Shown in pieces: positions 32,701 to 44,500 of a stretch of DNA of 64,000 nt. The DNA comes from Balanoglossus misakiensis (Eukaryota; Animalia; Hemichordata), in NCBI GenBank assembly GCA_040954595.2, contig CM082592.2, positions 2,607,462 through 2,671,461 of the forward strand, in the 5' to 3' direction. Within the stretch, counting starts at the first letter, position 1. Every line of letters begins with the position of its first letter. The notes beneath the pieces were generated by a model. That model saw nothing but the letters and a program-made list of their open reading frames with translations. It did not search any database and was not told where the DNA came from. Both the position numbers and the translations under genes were made by a program.

Positions 32701-35640
32701 GGTTAAACTCACCCTCACATTTCCACCACTCACACCCTCATTACCACCCCTAACCCACCCTCATTGCCACCCCTCGCCCCCTAAAAGTAATGGTATTGCC
32801 CAGGGGGTATAGTCGTGTCCACTCAGTGAACCAGATCCCAACATCTTTAATGAGAGAGCAATTTGAATTTGAATTCAAAATGACCGCCAATTTCTGTGTT
32901 TACTCTATTTTATGCGAACATGCCAGCGAACACTGTCTTTACTTCTTTTATTTCATAGAGACTCCTCAAACACTTTAATATAAAACAAAGAATTGGCAGG
33001 TTTGGAGAACTGTAGTTTTTCCCAAAACTCTTTTCCCCGAGTGTGAGGAGCTTTCAACAGCTTTGGTATTCACATATTGTGAGTAAATCAACAAACGAAC
33101 AAACTTGCACATATTTTCTTAACCATAGTGACATACACTGGTCTTACCCTATTGTATTCCCTGTTACCTTGGTCTCCAGATTTGTCCAATACTTTTATGG
33201 CTACCTCCTGACCCTTGTAGGGACCACTGCACGGAAATGTACCTGCAGACAGACAAAATGACTTTTTTTCATTACATTTTTGAATTCATTCCTCCGTGAC
33301 AACTTATTACCAAAGAAAGATGTACTAAATCGCCAGCACTGAAGTGGATGCTGTTTCAAGACTTACCTTTGTAGACTGGTCCAAATGCACCCTCGTTCGA
33401 GATAAGTGTTTTTCCCTCCGACATGATTCCTGCAATTTGATCACGTGATAACGAATATACGCCAGTGTCCGGATCACTTGAGAGGGCCGCCTCAGCACTG
33501 GTGATTTTGTCAAGTCCCCCTTCCCGGATTTCTATTTCAGAGCTCTCTCGGCATCCTTCAGCATCAGTGCCACAGAACGTATACTCTTTCTTCTCTTTGA
33601 CTGGTCTTGCACTGTGACTTTGTAAATCGCAATCACTTCTCGGAAAGGTGAATTCTTCAGGCGAATCTGTATCTGCCATCACAGATGAGCGTGCAGAACT
33701 TAGTGTTGCCGTATCAGTGGGATATCAAACATGTTAAAGCCTTCCATCAAGTGGGTGGAATCAAACCAGAAGTATGCAGCATTTTAAAGCATTTGGGACG
33801 TGCCATACGCTCAATTAAATTATCCAAAACCACAAAAGATTTTATTTAGACGAGTACAAACTTGTTATTTCTGAAATAGGTTACCTGGGTCCTTGATAGT
33901 GTCATCATCACCTTTGTCATCATCATCACTGTCAGTGTCACTTTCATTGTCTTCAGAGACATCATTACTCGCTTCACCTGCACCCACTATTTTGCCGTTA
34001 TCTCCAATGATAACGTTTCCACCATGAATATGGTAAATGTTGCCTCCAGCATCATATTCTGACATTTTATCTAAGATCAATTCAAATTAATTACTAATGG
34101 AGGTGTGTCATCTGTAGGCATATTTGATGTTAATGTATGTATGTATGTATGTATGTATGTATGTATAAAGAAGGGTAGGAGAAACGGAAGGCGGTAAAAT
34201 CTCTACAGCGCTGTTTCGTGAGTTGTATGTATGTATGTATGTTGGTTGGGTATGTGTGTGTCATTCGTAGGAACCTGCATACCAAATTTCAAAGTAATTT
34301 GTCAAGCAGTTTCTGAGGTGATTTTCTACCAAAAAACGCCCAAACTGCTCGAAATCTACAAATATGCAAATTTCAACACATTATAAATAAATGTAACCTA
34401 TGTCTCCACAAGGGACCTGCATACCAAACTGGATGTAATCAGACAAGCGTTTTCAGAGAAAAAGATTTTTTTTTTCTGCCAGAACTGGCAAAAATTGCCA
34501 CTAAATACTACAATGTAATATGAAAATTTTAACATAATTTGAACAAAGTTTATTTAGGTTACCCCAAGGAACCTGCATACCAACTTTTAAAGGAATCGGA
34601 CCAGTGGTTTCAGTGAAGAAGATTTTTAACAAGTGTTGACAGACGGCAGACGACGGACATCCAACCTATCTGATAAGCTCCACTTCGCTGATAGTGTAGC
34701 TAAAAATTGTTTCCCAGTTCAAAACAAGCCAGAGATTTCATATTTATTATATCCAGACCTTTTATTTCTTCTACAGCTTCAGCAATAAGTTCAGTAAAAA
34801 CTTCTGCTAGTGGTGAGAATTCTTTCCTGAAAATATCCGCAGAGTGGCACATTTTGTGAAAATCCAATTGCTCACCTAGTTAACAGTCACTATCCCAGCA
34901 CAAATAATGTATAGAAACAACCGACACAAGTTACTTCACATTTAATATCCCATGAAAATTAAGTTTTAGTTTACGTGTAAATCTGATTTTGATGTTTTGT
35001 GGTCATTTGCTGCGCTAGGCTTACGTACTGCATACCACAAAAATGAAAAATAACTTACTTGACAGCCTTTTTGAATGAAGTCCATATAGATCCGTCATCA
35101 TCATCATCATCATCATCGCCGTCGTCGTCGTCATCATCATCGTCAGCAGATTTGTCATCCGTAACGTCACTACTTACAATTACCCCCGGTAGTTCTAAAC
35201 ACCGTTTCACCGGCCATATAAAACGTGACGTCTATTAGCATGTTGCCTTAAGGTCAAAAGTTTTGTTAACCAGCCATGTAAAGTAAATCATGGGACAATT
35301 TGTAGTGTACTTCGAGACTGCACTTTGGCCTCAGAATTTCACGAATTTCAATGTATCTCCACAATGACGTAGAATCCAAACTTTTTGCGAGGTAGACTAC
35401 ACCTTTGTCCAAATCGCATTCAAAACTGTTTTGTGAGCCCCAAACAGCCTGATGTTTTGCATGTGTCCTTTGCTGTCAGAGGCCACCGTGGTAGTAAAAC
35501 ATATATGGCAAGGCAATGCCACACAGGATATGGGCATTTATCACCCTGCTAACATTAAAAATCAAACTATTGATAAATTAAACCCATGTATAAATTATTG
35601 TAAAAGGTATCTCACCAAGTAATTCTTCTGACGCCATCAT
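29773..35640 (-). CDS. IRAK/Pelle-family protein kinase with N-terminal acidic tracts and RHIM-like motif and C-terminal RING-like finger (~570 aa, 14 coding exons)
   Basis: Exons, 5'->3' on the - strand: 35640-35616, 35194-35059, 34826-34759, 34070-33885, 33672-33367, 33242-33148, 32313-32246, 31961-31815, 31567-31437, 31255-31142, 30799-30672, 30555-30448, 30161-30080, 29891-29773 (TAA). Phases join without stops. Motifs: NEGAFGPVYKG, VAIK, KHPNIL, CIVYPYM (Tyr gatekeeper), LTWQKRL, HRDIKSANILLDE, DTG, GTLGYSDP, DVFSYGKVLLELFTG. Confidence 0.88.
30828..30946. repeat. (TATG)n microsatellite in a kinase intron
   Basis: Long near-perfect tatg run; shorter runs at ~34134-34165 and ~49865-50000 (mixed ACAT/ACAG/ACAA). 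Confidence 0.95.
32588..32823. mobile_element. Palindromic MITE carrying internal (TTAGGG)n
   Basis: ~70 bp imperfect TIR (agtggacacaactataccccatgggcaataccatta... / ...taatggtattgcccagggggtatagtcgtgtccact), with ggttagggttaggagggttagggttagggtta at ~32674-32705. Confidence 0.7.
33985..34041 (-). other. RHIM-like (amyloid-forming homotypic) motif coding segment within kinase exon 4
   Basis: Translates NIYHIHGGNVIIGDNGKIV, matching the RHIM pattern of a hydrophobic strand, a turn and a [IV]-x-[IV]-G-x-N core. Confidence 0.7.
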
Positions 35641-35794
35641 TGAATATATGTTGCCTGAATCTCTATGTGTTTTTTTCTTGTGTGGACGGTATGACGAAAG
35701 TTTTAATTCGTACGACGCCACAAAGAGAGAAAAAACCCAGGTCTAAAATTAGCTCACTTCCGATCCCTTGTTGAACTTTGATCTAGCTTGTCTT

Positions 35795-36280
35795 GTACGC
35801 AGTCGCGTTGGGGATGTTTACACACGGTGATATCTCCTATGACTTATAAAAGGGAGAAGTCTTGAAACCAACTATATTTTCAACACACACATTTCGAAAT
35901 TCAGATGTTTTCACTCGACACAAAGGCAACAAATTAGCATCAATACCACCCATTCCATGTCAAAATTCATACCTGCTATGCTTTTTGCCTATTATTATCA
36001 ATCTTCTGTGAGTTTTGGGGCGATTTCTGAGGCTGGGGACTACACTTTCTATGCTCGATACACTTGTGAGCTACCTTCCCGAACAAGTGGTGTTGTGATT
36101 AGCTATCTACGCATTTCCTATAAGTATATAGGCAAGCAATAATTAACAGCATGCACCACTACTTTCCATCGGACAGCTAAGGTACCTCCAAAGTGGATTT
36201 AGTTTCAAGACTTCTCCCCTTTCTAAGTCATAGGAGCAATCTTTATGTGTAACAACCCCCACGTGACCGTGTTTGTACGA
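35795..36280. mobile_element. Old MITE-like inverted-repeat element just upstream of the kinase gene
   Basis: ctcctatgacttataaaagggagaagtcttgaaac (~35834-35868) is the imperfect reverse complement of gtttcaagacttctcccctttctaagtcataggag (~36202-36236); pairing extends outward. Confidence 0.6.
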
Positions 36281-38531
36281 CGTTATCGCAGGATATTATG
36301 AAACCTCATTAAGGTTCAGTCCATTTGTAAAGTTGATTTAATGTGTATTTTACCATGCATATTTATTGCTGTTATTTCATGAATATCCTCGTGAACCAGA
36401 GCTCTCTTTTCGCTTCACGTAAATAAGCCAATACATGAAAGGTGTCGAAGAATGAAGGGGGTGTGTTTGGGTGTATGAAGGGAGTGTTGCCTACCACGTT
36501 AGAAAATTTTGTAATACATGTAATACTGTACAAGTATTAATGTTTCACAGGATTTTAATTTCACAAAATCCAAGAATTTAAGACCAAGTATAAATCTGCC
36601 TCAAATATCAAGACAGTGAAATTAAATCCCTGTGAAATTAATTCATGATTTTACAGACTAGCAAAAATATTTTACCGCCTGTTTCCTGCAAATATTTGCC
36701 TTATTCGTACCATGTGTTCATGACACTTTTTTAACATTTCACTAGTATCAACTACCTGCATGATCATTGACAACCAGTACAACTTCATCATTTCAACCAT
36801 CAATTAAAGCCCCAACAGCTGCCATTTTTGCATTAAGCCCGTAGCGCAACTCACGTGCATGCGCGTAACTTCCCAGCAAATGTTCAGCAAATTTTCCGTT
36901 CGATGCATTCAAATAGTGGACTGCCTTCGCTTCTTTCCATATTTCATGAGCACCGTATCAGTAGATTCTGCTTTTGTCCCTCCTTTTCAACCAAGCTAGT
37001 GTCTTTTCCCGATCTCCGACACAGATTATGGTCGCCGCCATCTTCTCTGTTGTTAGGACAGAGCACTGCCTTATGGGATTGACTGTTCACTAAACACCTG
37101 TAACCAGCGGCTACAGCTGGAACATGCGTGTGAGACGAGCTACGCGCTTTAATATTTTCATGAATTTAATTTCAAACTTAGATTAGGACTATTTAAAGGG
37201 GTTAACTGAGTGAAATAAATGCATTCTTATAGCACGTGTAATCATAAAGGCTAGCCGTGGCAACCATTTGAAACATGTAGTCAATGATCAAAAATGTTTA
37301 ATAGAGATATAAGAAAAGTTAAAAGCCTTTATTAAAAAAAATAAAACATATAAAAAGACCTATGCAACATGTGGTCTACTCTACAGCTAAGCTAAAAGTT
37401 TTCAAGTTGCCTCATTACCACTGCTATTCCATGCCAGAAATATATGGGAACAAACATACATATTTTTAGAACCGCTTGCGTTCTGCATAGGTCACAACAC
37501 AAAACTTTGAAGCCCGTCAGCTAGCCCTGCATAGCGTATGTAAAGCTAATGAGACAGGGGAAATATTAGTAAGGTTGACAACTGACTTGCTCGCTATCAA
37601 GATTTAGAAGGAATTTATTTGCTTAGTGAGGCCAGGACATTAATTGCCCCCAACCAAGCAAAATCCACGTGGGTGGAGCTCATTATCACACATAGACATT
37701 GCTACAACTATTGTTCACATCAGGGTTATAATCACCTCCCCATTAGCCCTTCTTGCCGTAACACCTGCCCCAAATTGCCGTAATGGAGCACACATTCTTT
37801 TGTTTCAAACTATGGGAACCTTTGTAGTTGCCGTAAACTAAGACAAAAAACATCAATTAACCAACAAAAGAGGTGTTGCCGTAACATCTCTGCTACAACA
37901 CTGCTACAACTAGTGCGGGAACTTTCCCGTACAGTTTAGTTGTTGTACGCTGTTGGGACTGTATTACTCCATGATCTCAATACTGAATTGAATTTTTAAA
38001 ATAATACAAACGATAATGTGCATTTAAAAAAAAACTCACATAGAATAGTCATACAACAAAATCAATGATTGTATGAAATCAAAGGATGTTCATTCTTCGA
38101 GTCATGGGTTTTGTAAATATACTGTGCTCATTATATTACACCCACAATATATCAATCATAAACACTGCATTTATAACATCTAATTGTTCATTAATAAGCT
38201 AATGTCTATAAACTCTTGGGTATTTCTACATACAGAGTAAATACTTGGGAATTATAAATTGCATCTGAATCAACCAAACTACTGGTACGATCAAACGCTA
38301 GAAAAATGATATCATTCAATTAAACTTCAGGTAAAATCAGAAAACCTTTCCTGGAACTGATTTAGATTAAAATACACTGCAGGGCACAAACTTGATCAGT
38401 AAAAATGGGCATACTCTGTCATTACAAATTATAGCAGAATATATACGTGAGAAACATGCACATATTACCTCAATTTGATTCACAATACATCTGTACTGTC
38501 TTCTACATCTTCAGTAACCGTGTTCTCAAAA

Positions 38532-41500
38532 TCACTCACTGGTTTCAAGAGTTTCTCCAATCCAATATTTGTCAATGATTCTGTGTTCAAAAGATTTCAA
38601 TTTAAATAATCCTGAAAAAAAAGAATAAAGATGATTAAAACCTTTGGATAAATGTTTTTAACAGATATAACTCATCCTTGATAGAAGCCTGGCCCATGAA
38701 TTTTTGGTTTTCCCCTCGCCCTTGCCAATAAACAAACCTTTGGTCAGGGCGTTGTCCATTATTTCTATAACAGTAAAACTTGTCTAAACGGTAAACCATG
38801 CCAAAAATGGCCAAGCATGGGACTCATGAGGACATATATCTTGTTTACACATGATGTCACTAACTGAAAGTGTTCATTACAAAATGGCTTCCACTCGGTG
38901 TCTACAGACTTCAGTGCACCAGCTCTCAAGGTAGGTCAATCAAGTTTTGTTTTTGAAACACAAACTTAAAGGTCACATCCAATTTACATATGCCCATATA
39001 TGGCTGAAATGGCGTATTTGAAGGTTCTAAAGAACATATGGTGGCGCTCTTTTTTTCGCGTGTGCCACCCACAAAAAAAACGTGATTGGCTAGATCACAA
39101 GTTTACCATGGTAACTATAGCTAATTTTCCATAGGTGACCGTATACCTTTAAACTTGCATTATAAGCCAGTTCTTACCATCATTTGCTTTGGAGTCGGTA
39201 GTAACAAGTGTGCTCAATTCATACATACAGCTATTCTGCCGTTGTTTACAGATAGACATTAGCTTGGTGACTGAGAGATAGACCCACACGAAGATGCATC
39301 CAAAGGGAAAGAAAGGCGCTTTATAGGTGTATTCCATGATCATTCCATAGCGATAAAATGACCAGATCATATCCGATCTCTCCTGGACTTCTTCGACATA
39401 CATGCTATAAAATTTAAATAAATTAGAATGTAATTAATGCAATATACGTGACTGCCTATTATACACAGAGTCTGGCGTATAATATGTCACACAATATAGT
39501 GTATGCAATGTACTGGATGTGTGGTCTCTTCAATGCATCATTAACAGTGCCCTCATTCCACTTTGCGGTAAATGTAAGGATTGAAGTTACTATTAAATGC
39601 CATCAAATCAAAGTATTCTGTTATGTATAGTTTGAACTCATCTGAGAATAGATTATTTTCCACTCTAGACTTAATAAATTACCATAGCAATGGTAATAAA
39701 ATCAAACTTTGTATGAAACTAAAATAGACGCAGCGCTTAAATAAAGCCCCTATAGCTGTTACTTTTGCCATATTTTTAATTGATGAAATACTTCAATCTT
39801 CTCCTTATCGTCAGTCGACAAATGATTCTTTTTGACTATGTGGGGACTTTAATATTCATGTGCACATATCATGATAGTTGTGTACTCATGGGCAATTATT
39901 TAAATGGGTGTGGCACCTGTTTATTATTTTACCTGTTCATTTTTACATGTACAGCGACAATCGGATGTTGGCGATACGTTTGTGTGACCCACCAATTAAC
40001 TCACTCAAATGAAACATCTAAGTTCAAAAGTAATATCATGAAAATAATTTTAAAATTAGCACCTATTGAGGCTTTAACAAAAAATGTAACTTTTGTGTCA
40101 TGATGGGCCATCCCATGTACTGTAAAACACTTTATTTTCACGAGCAATAAATTTTCGCAAAATACGCGAGAGCCAAAATAGCGTGAAAATAAAAAGTCGC
40201 GTAATTTTTTTTTAAGATAACGATGCAGTGAATGAAATAAGAGAACGCGAAAAATTAATACTCGCGAAACAGTGGCCTCTCTCGATATCGCGAAAATTTT
40301 AACTCACGAAAATAAAGTGCTTTACAGTATTTGTCCTTTGCCATGAGAATGTCCTAGCCAATCTCACAGGGTTTCGTGCAGTTTGGAAAATGCTCTACCG
40401 GTATTAATAACATACCTGAACACAGCAATCAGCAGATTAAGTAGCAGTACATTTGCAATGAGCACATAAGTGGCTATCAACAATGGCATCCAAACTTGCA
40501 CAACACACCCTGGATCACTTGGTTCAACACAAGTTATATTTTCACCTGAAACCCAAAAAAAATAAAAAAATTCTTTAAATATTGTGTGGGCTCTGGAAGA
40601 TTTTTAGAGGGGAAAAAATCCTGCAGACATCAATAAAAAAAATAGCCACAGATGGCTTGAAAAAACAGGTGGCTATATGCTAATTATGTAAAAGGCTGAT
40701 GAGGCACCATACCTGATACATGTTACCTGATACACGTGTCCGGCAGTTCTAAAGTAAAAACATACTCGGAAAAACTTTTACTGGATGCCGAAATATTTTT
40801 GGCCCGTCACCTGGAAATGACAACGCCATGGGTCGCATGGCCAGATCACGTGATTGATGGCAAAGAATAGGAAATTTATGTCCAAATTGAGTTTACAGAT
40901 GTGAAAAGGCTTGGTTGTTGACAGTACTTGAGTATGATAACTTTCCGTTGCATCACAATCAATGTAAATTATTACCTTTCACTTCTACGTCATCTGTGAG
41001 CAGATCACCATGCATTCGAAAGTAGAACTGGTAGAGAATACTTGCAAACACAACAGGACTTGCTGGAGTGTTGGGTTGTTCCAGAGCAATGTAAGCTGTA
41101 CCAAATGCCAAGTAGAACACCAGCAATATGACAAGAAATATCAACAACTCCTTGACCTGTGTATTAAAGAAATCAAAATGATGCCATCCAGAATTTACAT
41201 CTCGAATTTACTTACAGTAAATCTACAATGAGTCGAGAGTGTGGGATCAATTTGATACCACACTCTTCCAGAATCGAAAGCTTAAGAGACGGGCGCTGAT
41301 TGGATGACAAAATGTTCTTTAATTAATGCTTGCTAAATGTTATCCAATGGCGTGATGTGTAACACTTGGACAGAAACTATACAAAGGGCCAGACAACAAT
41401 GTTTCTAGTGTGAATAATGATATTTTGTGGGAGAAATAGAATCTCACACACCAAGGCAAGGATCTGAGATCAGATTTCTCACAAGAGTTTTTGTCCCCCA

Positions 41501-44500
41501 CGAGCCGCAATAAATGAAATTTTGGGAAATGAGAATATTTTCAGTTTTGAGTAGACCTGACATACCTTATTGCATGATCAACAAAATGACAACAAACAGT
41601 TAATTCTGATTGGGGGGAGACACACCTTGTGGCAACTGCTGTATTTGAAAACAGCAGGTGCAATCTCCTTATAGTCATGCACGGAACAAATTGTTTATAT
41701 CATTTGATAACTACGCAGAAACGGCATACTACAAAGTTAATTTTTTTCAGCCGATGATGTGTCACATAAAAATCAAAACTGCTTACCATATGCTTGATCA
41801 TGATGAGTTTTGCTCCAAGGTGGCGGAAAGCAAACATGAATGGTAACAGACTGAGATAGCACATCAGTAAGGTCAGACCGTACAAAATTCGTACCCACAC
41901 AAAGTAGCGGGCAGCCATGAGAATCCGGGTAATAAATGACACCCAAAATAAACCCAGCATTATCAGTTTGATCATATTCCATCGTTGCACAAACCAATTC
42001 TTCATCATGGAAACGAAAGACTCTATATCATAAATGTATGGGACCTGCAGACAAAAGAATTGAGATTCAGATACATGTACATGTAGTTGGTATCATGAAA
42101 GAGCAACACTATAGCGACTGCATGTTCTGTGATTCTACTGCTTGCACAATTTTCTGATGGACACGTTCATGCTTGCTGAGAACACTTGAACTATTTTAAA
42201 GGGACAAAGTCTCTCTCTCGCTGCCCTTTTCCCGTTATTATGTTTTATACTAGACACCATTTATGTTATTCTACATATAGATCTATAGTGAATCAACGTT
42301 CGACCACACACAGTACAAGTCAACTATGGAGGACGTGCATTTACTTCAGCTGCTTAAAATCTCTGGAACTCACTGCCTATAATGACATTCGACTAGCACC
42401 CAGTCTAGACTCTTTGAAGAGAAAACTGAAGACATTATTTGTTTGAAATAGCCTACGGTGAACTACTGGATTATGGTGCCATATAAATTTGTTGATTGAA
42501 ATTTTGTTGATTGAAGACTACGGCTTGATTGATATTGTTCTCACCTACCAGTCGGATTTCTTCAATAGTGAACAAGAACATCCACACAGCAACTATTATT
42601 TCAAGAACACTGGGGGCGCCATTTTCACCATATGTATGCAGATCAGTCAACACAAAGATAGTGAACATAGTCAACAGAAGAATCATTGACAGCTGGAAGA
42701 TACAAAGTGGATTTCATAATTATTACAAAACAGATGGTATGATATGCTAAGTGACGTGTTTCATAAATTGCTTTCAACATGAATTTTTAAGACAACCAAA
42801 ATGAAGATATCGACTTCCGAAAATAACCATCATGAATAAAATTGAACATTATGCCAAGATATTAATTGAAGCATGAAAATTCAGGGCAAAGGTAGCTGAC
42901 AAGTAACTTACCAAGCTGAAGTAAAACTGCGTTCGTGGAGAGAATAAAAAGCTTGTGAACTCTTTCATCCATTCATCAGATCCACTTTCATATGTGCCGT
43001 CTTTGCCGCACCACAGTGTGGTCAGTTTTGTCTGACAACACGGCTGGTGCATGAAATCCTCATTGTGGTAGTACCACGCAATCTTCAAACAATTGATCTC
43101 TCCAAACGGCTGCTGTGAACTAGATTCGTGTGATAGCTCCAGAGGAGAGACCAACAGTTCTTGCGACTTTTTCCTGTCTTCGTTGTAACATTTCTTGATT
43201 GCATCACAGGCAAGTTTGGAGAATTCACTGGTGAAAAAAATGACGGAGAAACTCATTGCTGTGATATGATTGACAGTTTTCTGATTGGTGATTCATGTCA
43301 TCGACTGACTCTACCATTTTCACTTTGACCATAGCTAATACATTTAGTTTGACAATTCTGTCAGGGTGGTCATTCAGCATACTGTAAAACACTTTATTTT
43401 CGTTAGCAATAAATTTTCGCGAAATACGCGAGAGCCAAAATAGCGTGAAAATGAAAAGTCGCATAAATTTTTTTTGATAACGATGCGGTGAATGAAATAA
43501 TAAGAGAACGCGAAAATTAATACGCGAAACAGTGGCCTATCTCGATATCGCGAAAATTTCAACTCGCGAAAATAAAGTGTTTTACAGTATATCATCTAGT
43601 TTTACTTCATAGTATATGTACCGGTACTTCCAATTTGTAGTTTCAGTTTCACAACAGCTTACAACATGTCGAATTATATAAACTAAATATAAGAGAAAGT
43701 TATGTAACATTCATAAAAAACCTGCATGCCCTTGCTATGTCTTTATACTTGCAAGAATGTAGTCTTATATTTTTTTTTATGGCTCTTGCGTATTTCGTGT
43801 AAATTTATTGCTCGCGAAAATAACCTGTTTTACAGTATTATAACACACCTTTAATCCGTAATCTGTGTTGTAATTCGCCAATGTCAAGTCACAAGAGGTG
43901 TATCAATTTGGCGCTGTTGCCTGGCCAAGTTGGGAAGCACCATCTATGCCAAACACTCAAGAAAACTAAGACGGCGACGTCGTCTGCGCCCAAGCCAATT
44001 TGATGACAGCAGAGAAATTTCCTGATTTGTGCTACTATCGGATAAGGTGTGTTATAAAAGAAATATTGAATGGCCATTATAATTCGCCCCTAAACAGTCT
44101 GTTGCACTCAGCCTCTGGAAACAGACTGTTTTGAGGCAACCCACAGTCCCTCGGAATTCAAAAACAAACGACTATGCTGTTTAACCCTACCTATGACATG
44201 GCCGGCCAATATGTGTATAGTAATGCTCATCTGATACAATTATATGTCATTTTCTTACAGCAAACTGCAAGTTCAAATCTACTAAAAATATTGCATTCCA
44301 CCCCTCCATGTTTAAATTCCAACTTTGACAGAACACAAACCATGCACGTCCAAAATAAACGGTATATCTGCTTGCTTGCTTGCTACTCAAGTTAATCAAA
44401 TGGTTTGACAGGTCAACCACCATCATCAGACAAATGCTGCAGGTGATTTTGATTCTGCATTTTCAATTTCATGAGATTTCTAAATTTACAAACTTTTGTC

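Noticed and set aside
32674-32705. TTAGGG repeats as a telomere or chromosome-fusion scar
   Set aside because: Only ~30 bp and enclosed by MITE inverted repeats.
36300-38460. Possible TRPM2 NUDT9H or TRPM6/7 alpha-kinase exons downstream of the channel
   Set aside because: No such motifs or credible exons were seen; the region is AT-rich with a MITE, so no TRPM2/7 gene symbol is assigned.
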